Shown here one piece after another: positions 56,045 to 64,000 of a stretch of 64,000 nt of DNA. The stretch is from the NCBI GenBank assembly GCA_963821525.1, contig CAWGED010000005.1, positions 384,001-448,000 on the forward strand. The letters are read 5' to 3'. Made by a program: the position numbers and the translations under genes. The notes under the pieces are model-generated. The model searched no databases and had not been told where the DNA came from. It worked only from the letters and a program-made list of their open reading frames with translations. This DNA comes from an uncultured Gemmatimonadales bacterium. GTDB lineage: Bacteria > Gemmatimonadota > Gemmatimonadetes > Gemmatimonadales > GWC2-71-9. Positions within the stretch are counted from its first letter, which is position 1, and the number at the start of each line of letters is the position of its first letter.

Positions 56045-56482
56045 CTATCTCGGGGGGCGCGGTCCGCCCAGAATCGCATCGACCGCGGCCGCGGTCTCGG
56101 TATCCGACGCGGCGGCGATTGCCGTCACGGTGGTCTGATGCTCCTGACGGAGCGCCTCTTCCTCCCGCCGCAGCGACTCGATGTTCTTCTGTTTCTCCGC
56201 TTCGATCCGCTGCAGGTCGATATTCTCGGCGCCCAACTGCTTCTTCATGGCGGCCAGCTCCTTGTCCTTCGCTTTTGCCTGCTTCTCCTGCTGCTCCAAT
56301 TCCGCTTTGAGCCCTGCGGCCCGCTTCATCCGCCATATAGAGAAGCCGGCGATCCCCGCGATCGAGGCGACCACCCAGGGGAGGCTCTTCCGCGGCAGGG
56401 CGCCAATGCGTAACGCCAGGAAGATCGCGATGGCGGCGCCGGCCAGAATCAGCGCGATATAGATGTCCGTGAAATTCGGCAT
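56045..56482 (-). CDS. Two-TM plus coiled-coil protein
   Basis: Two hydrophobic segments then a K/E/Q-rich heptad region. Confidence 0.72.
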   Translation of the reverse strand: MPNFTDIYIALILAGAAIAIFLALRIGALPRKSLPWVVASIAGIAGFSIWRMKRAAGLKAELEQQEKQAKAKDKELAAMKKQLGAENIDLQRIEAEKQKNIESLRREEEALRQEHQTTVTAIAAASDTETAAAVDAILGGPRPPR

Positions 56483-56494
56483 GATGGTTGTCTC

Positions 56495-57094
56495 CTAGGA
56501 GCTTGGCACGGCCGCCGAGACGCCGGCCCTTTCATCGCGCTTGCGCTCGAGTGCGGCGATGAGCTTGTGGACCGGTCCCGAACCCAGGCCGATGGCGACG
56601 CCGGTGAGCGTCATGCCCAGGCCGGGGCGCCAGTCCAGCGGGATCCGGTCGAGACTCCATTGGACCGTGCCACCCGCAACCTCCTGATACAGCGCCAGCA
56701 GATCGAGGTGCTGCCAGTGAGCCAGTGTGATCCCGATCGTAATGCCCAGTATTTTTGCGGCGACGCGGACGTGGACCTGTCGCACCAAGTCACCGCTCAC
56801 CACCGGAATCGGACCACACCCTCCTCCGGGCCTTTGCAGCAGCATTTCGCTCATGCGAGCCAGAAACGCGGCCTGGGCCAGGGGAGGGATCAGCTGAAAC
56901 AGCCGGCGGCGGTGCTCGACGAACGCCTTGACCCCGTAGGCTCGGCGGGTCCACAGGTGATACCAGTCGAAATGACTGTCGAGCCAGTCGTAGAAGGACT
57001 TCAAGACCTCGAGCAGGCGCTCGATCAGCAGGCTGAAAGCGAGGACCAGCGTGAAAATGGCCGTGGCCTGGAGCACACCATTGGCACCGTTCAT
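56495..57094 (-). CDS. Holin-like membrane protein
   Basis: 'FSLLIERLLEVLK', 'ILGITIGITLA', 'LTGVAIGLGSGPVHKLI'. Confidence 0.6.
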   Translation of the reverse strand: MNGANGVLQATAIFTLVLAFSLLIERLLEVLKSFYDWLDSHFDWYHLWTRRAYGVKAFVEHRRRLFQLIPPLAQAAFLARMSEMLLQRPGGGCGPIPVVSGDLVRQVHVRVAAKILGITIGITLAHWQHLDLLALYQEVAGGTVQWSLDRIPLDWRPGLGMTLTGVAIGLGSGPVHKLIAALERKRDERAGVSAAVPSS

Positions 57095-58368
57095 GGGTTC
57101 CCCCCGGTGACGAGGAGGTAGCGTTTGAGCTTGAAGGCCTCGATGCGCGCCGTCGCGAGGGCCGACGCTTTCCAGTTCGCGGCGAAGCGATCCACCCGAC
57201 GCTGGAAATCGTCGGCTGGGAAGCGGGACCCCGGACAGGCCTTGTCGGGATTGAGCTGGCGGTGGGGAACGATCGCGTGTTGGAAGTCCAGCGGGATTCC
57301 GTAGACCGCCGACCACAGTGCCACGATCCGAGCGCCCGCGTCCAGCTGCGCTTCGGTCGGTCGACTCGGCCCGTATCGCCCATCGGCGTTGGAGAAGGGC
57401 ACTGCGGGGTCGGTTTCGAAATTGCCGTTAAAGGAGATGCCCAGCGAGCGCAGGTTGAATCCCGCGACGTGATTGCCGAAACGGTCCCAGCGGCAGAAGG
57501 CGTGAATTCCACCGTCGGCAGTGATGACACAGTGGTACCCGGTGATCCAGGCAACGCCGTCGGTCTTTCGCTGGTGGATCACCCGGACCACGTCCTCGAA
57601 TGTCGACTCCATGGGCATCGCTGTGTGATGGTAGACGATGAGGTTGGGCTTCCCCGGGCGAAGGTGAGCCGACTCGAGCTTGTCGACGTCGACTCCGCCG
57701 TCGTAGGGGATCTCTACCCAGTCACCCAGATCGGGGGCCGCCGCCGCCGCTGGAGCGATCGTCACCGCCGTCGCAACGAGGGCTACCGGTGCCTCGCTTG
57801 GCTCCTCAACCTCGGGCGGAACTCGTCGCTCGCTGATCATCTTGATCAGGACGTGCACCGGCTGACTTCCCCCGCCGATGAAGAGCCCGGTGAGCAGGAA
57901 GTCCTGCCAGTCAACCAGGTTCTGGCCCATCAACGCCGAGAACATGTGCACGCCCGCGATCCGGGCGGCCAGGATTCCGGTCACCAGCCCGGTTAGTTGA
58001 AGAACGCAGGTCCGCAACGTCCCGCCTTCATCGGGGTCGGTCGCGTCCTCCACCAGGACCAACTCGGTCGGCATGGACTCGTCCGGTTCCCGCTGGCGCT
58101 CCATATCCACCAGCTTCGCCGCTTGCCTACGCTGCTCCTCCGGCGTGTCGGCCTGACGGACCGCATCTACCTGCTCATCCAGCGCCCGCCGACTCCCGAG
58201 ATCCTGAATTGCTTGTTGCGCCACATCCGTCGCGTCGGAGCTTCGTGACAGCGGACGTCCGGGAAAGAGGTCGAGCAGGTTCTTGCCGAACTCGATGACC
58301 CGTTCCGTTACCAGGGACAGGCCGAGCGCGGCGGAGAGGGTGACAGCAGCAGCATCGAGATCAATCAC
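57091..58368 (-). CDS. Holin-like membrane domain fused to N-acetylmuramoyl-L-alanine amidase (Amidase_2)
   Basis: N-terminal 'LSLVTERVIEFGK..LTGLFIGGGSQPVHVLI'; C-terminal 'IVYHHTA', 'GYH', 'NHVAGFN..SLGISFNGNF', 'HRQL..KACPG'. Confidence 0.82.
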   Translation of the reverse strand: MIDLDAAAVTLSAALGLSLVTERVIEFGKNLLDLFPGRPLSRSSDATDVAQQAIQDLGSRRALDEQVDAVRQADTPEEQRRQAAKLVDMERQREPDESMPTELVLVEDATDPDEGGTLRTCVLQLTGLVTGILAARIAGVHMFSALMGQNLVDWQDFLLTGLFIGGGSQPVHVLIKMISERRVPPEVEEPSEAPVALVATAVTIAPAAAAAPDLGDWVEIPYDGGVDVDKLESAHLRPGKPNLIVYHHTAMPMESTFEDVVRVIHQRKTDGVAWITGYHCVITADGGIHAFCRWDRFGNHVAGFNLRSLGISFNGNFETDPAVPFSNADGRYGPSRPTEAQLDAGARIVALWSAVYGIPLDFQHAIVPHRQLNPDKACPGSRFPADDFQRRVDRFAANWKASALATARIEAFKLKRYLLVTGGNP

Positions 58369-58577
58369 AGGCGCCTCCTTGCAAGTACCGCGGATAGCCG
58401 GCAGGCGACGCGAACACAGCGACTGCAACCGGCAGCTGCGGACTCATTCGTACCGGCTCGGTGTGACTCTTCCAATCGGGCGCGAACCGACCGCGATCGC
58501 GAGTGGCATCCGGCCGTCCATCAATGACAAACTCAGGATGTACCCGAAGCCGCTCGCGACGAGGGCGCGAGCACGTT

Positions 58578-59320
58578 CTATGCGATGACGACGAAGTCCT
58601 TGCCGTCGTACCCGCGAGTTCGGCGGCAGACTTCGTATCCCTCTCGGTCTCCGGAATCGTTGGTATTGCCCTCGATGGTTTCAAATGCGGAGGGGGCGAT
58701 CGAGAGCACCAACCCGGTGTGTACCCAGTCAAGCGGGGTTCGGCGCACCAGGAACAGCGATCCCGGCGAGAGCTGACTCGGGGAAACCCCCGAGCGGCTG
58801 TCCAGAAAGACGCCCGCCTCTTTGGCCGCGGCAGCGAGCGAGTCGCAGGAGAAGGTGTAGGGAAGGGGTACGTGCTGACGCCCAACGTCTTCGCTGCCTG
58901 CCGGAGCATGTACCCCACGAATCCCGCGCACCAGGCCCACTCGGCGCCCTCGTTGCCCTTCATGTACAGCCGCACCCAGGGGCCCATGTTCTCGCCGCCC
59001 ACTTCCCGCGGCGACTGGGCCAGGTGTTGCTTGGCGTAGGCCAGAGTCAGCGGGCCCAGGCTGCGGGACCCGGGATTGATCGGGGCCAGGGCGGCGACCA
59101 TGGGTGCCACCAGGGCGGCGAAAGTCGTCCCGTTGACCACGCCCCCCGTCTGTAGCCCGCGCGCCTTTTGGAACGCTCGCACCGCCACTTCGGTGGCGGG
59201 CCCGAACTGACCGTCGACCGAGACCTTGAATCCCTGCAGCGAGAGCCACTCCTGGACTAGCCGCGCCTGACGGCCTGTCGCACCACTCGCGATGTTGCCG
59301 GCGAAGTCCCACTCGCTCAT
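58578..59320 (-). CDS. Peptidoglycan-binding domain + CHAP-type hydrolase (frameshift near 58870)
   Basis: 'VDGQFGPATEVAVRAFQKARGL..GVV', 'WCAGFV', 'HTGLV', 'TIEGNT'. Confidence 0.82.
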
Positions 59321-59537
59321 TGGCGTTCTCCGGGATCTTGAGGCTTTGTCTGACACCAAAGGCTGGGTCGGGGCAGTCTTCCTGCCCCACCCCCGAATTG
59401 GCCGAAGTGCATCGAGGCGTCAAGAATCAAGAGGGATCTAGATCCTTTTCGAGGGGCCAGAAATCCGTATCCGTCCTGACAACGAGGCCCCCCCTCGGTC
59501 GGGGCGTTTCCCGATCGGAGGGCGTAGGGCATGGGCC

Positions 59538-59990
59538 TTACGCCACGGCCGCAATCGGAATTCCGTCGCCAAACGAGATTCCTTTGATCCATGTGTAGTT
59601 CTTCGACGTGCGCTCGGAAACCACTTCCCCCGCGCACTTGAGCGTCCCGGTCACCCGAGCCCGTGCCAGCTTCCAGCCGTTTGAACTGGCCATCCTGGAT
59701 GATCAAGTTTGCCGCTTCGATCGTCAGATCCAGTTCCAGCTCAAAGGGGATCCGGCCGGCAGGCATGCCATCCAGGGACAGCTCGATATAGGGCTCGTGT
59801 TTCGACTTGATGTGATGGGTCGCCAGGGGAACCACACTGGTGGTTCCGTGCGGAAACTGTTTGGTATCCGTGTATTTCTCGAATTTGCGATGCAGCTTCC
59901 ACGCACCCACCAGCACGTCGGCGAGTGGGATGTCGACCAGCTGTTTTGCCTGGTCCACGGGTCAAGGAATCGTCAAGCAGGTTCCGCCGT
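59538..59990 (-). CDS. Hypothetical protein, 5' end unclear or truncated
   Basis: Protein-like 'LVDIPLADVLVGAW...HHIKSKHEPYIEL..FELELDLTI'; frameshifts. Confidence 0.45.
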
Positions 59991-60061
59991 CGGGTATCGC
60001 GCGAAATTCGCATCCGGTACAGGGAATAGCTAGGGCATGAAGGCGAGCCGCGGGGCCATTT

Positions 60062-60153
60062 CGAGCGTCTCAAGCACGGGCTGTGGGCCCGGGATCCCGC
60101 GGCGAATGCACTGGTGGTGCTGAGGACTCCTGCCGGAACGAAGAAGTAGACTC
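60062..60153 (+). repeat. Direct repeat copy R (orphan VOC 3' end)
   Basis: Encodes ERLKHGLWARDPAANALVVLRTPAGTKK* versus ERLKHGLWARDPAGNAVVLRTPAGTKK* in copy L. Confidence 0.92.
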
Positions 60154-60167
60154 TGGTGGGATAGAGA

Positions 60168-61737
60168 TCAGGCAGGCTGATGCTTTGCCCACCAATCACG
60201 CGCCTTATCCTCAGTCCATGGTTCGGTCTCCACCGCGAGCAGCGCCTTCCCCAGGTCGGCCGCACTCTGGGGGCGCTCTGCGGGGTTCTTGGCGAGGCAG
60301 GAGAGCACCAACTTTTCCAGCGATCCCGGAATCGGCAGCTCGGTGCGTTGTGATGGAGGCACCGGGATATCGTTCAGATGCCGGTTGATCATCTGCAAAG
60401 GTGTCTCGGCCTCGAACACCTTCTGTCCGGTGACCGTGAAATAAGCGACACAGCCCAGGGCGTAGATATCCACCCGATGGTCCACCTTCTCTCCCATGGC
60501 TTGCTCCGGCGCCATGTAGGCGGGTGTCCCCGGGGTGAATCCCGTCATAGTCCCGACCGTATCCTCGGAGTTGGTGGAGACCGATTTCACCAGCCCGAAA
60601 TCGAGCACCTTCACGTAGTCGTGGCGGAGTCCCATCCGTCCGATGTGGATGTTGGCGGGCTTGATGTCGCGATGGACCAGCCCTCGTGAATGTGCCTCCT
60701 CCAGCGACTCGCAGGCTTGGGTGAGCAGATAGACGACTCGTCCGGCCGGCAGAGGCCCGGTCTTCCGCACCAGGGCCTCGAGGTCCATTCCATCCAGCAA
60801 CTCCATCACGAAGTAAACTGTCTGGTCCTCCATGACCCCGAAATCATAGAGCTCGACCGTGTGCTGCGATCGCAGGCTGGCTGCGGCCTCTGGCCTCACG
60901 CCAGAATCGCTTCACCGCGAGTTGTGCCGCCGCCTCATTCCCTTTGGCCAGGACACCGGGTCGGAGCAGCTTGATGGCAGCCGGCCGTGCCAGCATTCGG
61001 TGAGTCGCTCGGTAGACCTCGCCCATCCCTCCGGATCCGATGAGGTCCCCCAACTTGTAACTGCCCATCTCCTTCGCCTTGGCGACCTGCAGGCTGAGCC
61101 GAGTCATCACATAAGAGATCACCACCGCGACCCCGACCAGGATGTAGTCCGGATAGTGCATGACGACGACATTCTCCCACGGCCCGTAGTCCCAGACTCC
61201 GCGGACCTTCGCCGTGACCATCCCGATCGGATTCATCGAGACCGCAAACAGCGCTGCCACGAGCGTCTTGCCGGGAGTGCTCGGCACAATCGCGGCAAAG
61301 ATGAGAACGATGGCGCCGATCCAGCTGATGAGGGGAAAGACGTGCAGGCCCTGGGGAACCTTCTCCCAATGGATCATGAGACCCAGGGCAACGGCGGTGT
61401 AAACCATGTATACCAGCCCGAGATCCAGGGAGAATCTCGGGTCGCTGTCGCGACGCCGGGTGTAGAGGTAGAGTCCGAGAGAAACGGCGACGCTCAATGC
61501 GGCGAAGGCATCCTCCGCAGCGAACTGCCAGTACCGGGGATCCCGGCCGCTCAGGGTCCAGGTGGCGAAGTGGGCGAGGAAATCTCCCAGCACCCAGAGC
61601 GCGGCACCGACCAAGGCCATGATGCCCAGCCGCCGGGAGGCGTCCCGCAGCAGTTCCGGCGGGAGACGAGACTCGGTCGTCCCCACTCCGGATGGCGTGG
61701 ACGGGAGTGGAGGCGCGATCAGCCGGGTTTCAGCCAC
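60168..61737 (-). CDS. Hanks-type Ser/Thr kinase with N-terminal multi-TM domain (frameshift near 60895)
   Basis: 'IGSGGMGEVY', 'AAIK', 'HRDIKPAN', 'DFG', 'GTPAYMAPE', 'DIYALG'. Confidence 0.93.
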
Positions 61738-61774
61738 TCACCACTCGGTACTCGGTACTCAGTACGCGGTACTC
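61735..61774. repeat. GGTACTC heptamer array
   Basis: 'ctcggtactcggtactcagtacgcggtactc'; same motif family as 26991-27082. Confidence 0.7.
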
Positions 61775-61775
61775 C

Positions 61776-62189
61776 TCAGGGCTTTGGCGTCAGGGTAAAG
61801 TCCACCCGTCCTCTGGCCGCGGCCAGAATCAGCCGGATGGTCCAGTTGCCCGGCGTCCCCACCTGGGTCTCGGCGTCGAGATCCAGCTCGAGCAGCGTCG
61901 AGTCCACCTGGACCCCCGCTCCATCCGTGATGATCACAATCCCGTAGCCGTGATGGATGAAGCTGTTATGGCGAAATGCCGCCTGTGGGGCGGAATTGAC
62001 CCAATTGAAAATCAGCTCGTCGTTGACGTTTTCCATGTCTTCGGCCTTGAACTCGAAGCTCGAGGCCGTGTTGGTGACTTGCGGATCGTTCTCGGGTCCC
62101 AGCTCCCGCACGATGGAGTCGAGACACCCGATCAGTAGTGTGAGAGCGCTCAGCCCGCCAAGCGCCATCAGTCGGGATGAACGGTTCAT
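61776..62189 (-). CDS. Hypothetical lipoprotein
   Basis: Lipobox 'LIGC'. Confidence 0.68.
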   Translation of the reverse strand: MNRSSRLMALGGLSALTLLIGCLDSIVRELGPENDPQVTNTASSFEFKAEDMENVNDELIFNWVNSAPQAAFRHNSFIHHGYGIVIITDGAGVQVDSTLLELDLDAETQVGTPGNWTIRLILAAARGRVDFTLTPKP

Positions 62190-63679
62190 TGTTCCCACCT
62201 CGGAATGGTCAGTGAAAGGAACGCCCTGAACTCGGACTCATCACGGTCCACATCTCGCTGGAAGGTGTAGTCGCTGCGGCGCCAGAGCCTGGTGTATCCC
62301 AGGCCGGCGCCGTACTTGCCCTTGTAGTAGCCGCGCACTTCTCCGGCGAGGGTGAAGAGGTGATGGTTACCCGAGAAGCCGCTCACCACCGGCAACCAGA
62401 GGTATCCTCCGGTGAGCGTTGCTGATCCCTACGCCCTTGTAGATGGCCGAGCCATTGAGCCTGGCCCCGATGCCAACGCCGTAGTCGTAGTCCCTTCCCT
62501 CCGCGGTGACGAAGTAGTCGGAACGAACGGCAGCGATCGGCATGAACCGAGCGAGCGCCTCCCCATGGAGGAGGACCTTCTTGGCCCGGTCGGATTCGGC
62601 GATGATCCCGCCCATGAAACCCTGTCCGCCAAAGTCGATCACTTCGTTGCTGATGTAGTCGTAGGTCATGAACCCGGCCAGCTGGAGCCGGGTGCTATCG
62701 CCGAGCGACCTGGCCCCGAGTCCGCCACGCACCACGAGGTCCGCAATGGCTCCCCGAGTATCGGAACGGGTCGCGAGGGTTCCTTGCAGCTGGAACGCCG
62801 AGAACGGCGCCTTATTCAGGTCGGTCATCTGATCGCCGTACACTACGTTGAACCTTATGAAGGTCTGGTCCAGTGCGTCGGGATCGGTGACATCGCCGCT
62901 GCGTGGAGAAGCGGCGGTATCCGACGTCCATGGAAGCCTGGAGTCGGGTGGGCCGCCAGTCAGGAGGGTTGGCGGAAATCTCACTCATTTCTCCCCGGAC
63001 CAGCCGGTTGAAGCCCCGCACCGGATTGATCAGTGTCGCGCCGACCTCCCGCACCACCCGATTGGTCCCGGTCGCCCGGTTGTCGAGAGTAAGCGACGAG
63101 AAGCGGAATAGAATTTCGCCCAGCGTGATGCCGCCCAGGCTGGTGTTGAAGAAATCGTTTGGAGCCGGGGCCCAGACCTCACCGAACTCCTCCCACATCA
63201 GGCTTCCCCCGAAGGCCCACGGCAAAGAGGCCCAGAAGTTGTAGCCGTTGGTCCGCCCCGCGTTGAAGTACAGACTGCCGTGGTAGGGGTGGGCAAACTG
63301 GTTGTTGGCGAATTTGTTGTTGTCCCATTGCCAGGCAAACTTGAGGTTGGTGATCCAGGTGTCCGGGCTGATGCGGGACCATTCGCCGTCGCGCACGAAG
63401 TAGGTGAAGCCCCATGGAATGGCCTGCACCAGCATCAACTCCCCCAACCCGGCCCAGAATCGTTTGGGTGGATTGCACTGGGTGCAGGGCAGATCCTGTT
63501 TGCCAACGTAGGGCGGTGGAAGGATCGAATCTGTCTCGGGAGAGATCGGCCAGGTTGTGGGACCAGACCGGCCCCTGGCTCAGCAGGGTGCGTGGAGCGG
63601 TGATGCCTCCTGCCACCGCAAGCGCCAGCGAAACCGCCAGCGCCCGGAATGAAGGAATCCTGAGTACTCGTCGTTTCAT
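62186..63679 (-). CDS. DUF3943-like outer-membrane protein (frameshifted)
   Basis: 'WQWDNNKFANNQFAHPYHGSLYFNAGR.NG', 'GSLMWE', 'NPVRGFNRL'. Confidence 0.72.
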
Positions 63680-63712
63680 GATGCCAGTCTCCTGATGACG
63701 CGAAGAAGCTGG

Positions 63713-64000
63713 TTAGGATCGGTTCGGCGTGTCCTGCAAAGACGGAATTGGTATTTCTCCAGTAATGTCAGCGGCACTGAGCAGTACTTCGGGTTGCACC
63801 TCCGGCTCGGGGACGGTCATGATCCGCCGGGCCAATGGGATCGTGAGAAATACCAGCAGTCCGGCGCCCAGAAATGGAACCCCCACGTCTGCGTGGTCCA
63901 TCAGAATGCCGGAAGCGATGGGAAAGGCGACGCGCGAGATCCCGCCGAAGGTATGCTGCACGCCCATGTACAGTCCTCTTTCGCCGGCGCGCACCACCCG
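63713..64000 (-). CDS. MFS transporter, C-terminal end (partial)
   Basis: 'ERGLYMGVQHTFGGISRVAFPIASG' and final TM helices. Confidence 0.7.
   Translation of the reverse strand, partial: RVVRAGERGLYMGVQHTFGGISRVAFPIASGILMDHADVGVPFLGAGLLVFLTIPLARRIMTVPEPEVQPEVLLSAADITGEIPIPSLQDTPNRS

Larger units (their letters stand above)
52423..60061. mobile_element. Putative integrated island without integrase (cell-wall hydrolase/holin-like cassette)
   Basis: Bounded by the duplicated VOC 3' end; all genes on minus strand; lysis-type cargo. Confidence 0.6.

Noticed and set aside
52423..60061. Intact prophage
   Set aside because: No integrase, terminase, capsid, tail or replication genes recognised
52334..60153. 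The duplicated segment as a DGR template/variable repeat pair
   Set aside because: Mismatches are mostly synonymous and not confined to adenines; no RT nearby

Overview
High-GC bacterial chromosomal segment. Gene content and style suggest Gemmatimonadota (inference). Many genes carry single-base frameshifts that look like long-read indel errors. In order, the window holds: the 5' part of a V/A-type ATP synthase operon (H/G-I-K-E-C-F-A, minus strand); a divergent membrane-bound group 1 [NiFe]-hydrogenase operon (small, large, cytochrome b, maturation protease, hypABFCDE) running into ccmF/ccmH/ccmI-like genes; envelope and housekeeping genes (cupredoxin, beta-barrels, GNAT, cyclase, threonine dehydratase, ABC systems, MFS, uvrA, DPP-IV, sdaAB/sdaAA, DUF1611, TonB, PLP decarboxylase, VOC dioxygenase, Ser/Thr kinase). 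Three unexplained structures stand out. (1) Nine tandem paralogous small membrane/coiled-coil proteins ending in 'ERLDFAERLL' sit directly upstream of a CesT/YjfI-like gene and pspA, suggesting an expanded Psp/ESCRT-III system. (2) A four-helix-bundle gene is bracketed by inverted arrays of a GGCGGAC motif, and several gene-less inverted 7/8-mer arrays with different motifs occur elsewhere, two related tracts lying inside reading frames. (3) A ~7.7 kb integrase-less island is bounded by a duplication of the VOC gene 3' end (41 bp perfect core) and encodes a holin-like/amidase fusion, a second holin-like paralogue, a PG-binding/CHAP hydrolase and envelope coiled-coil/beta-strand proteins. No rRNA, tRNA or CRISPR array was seen.
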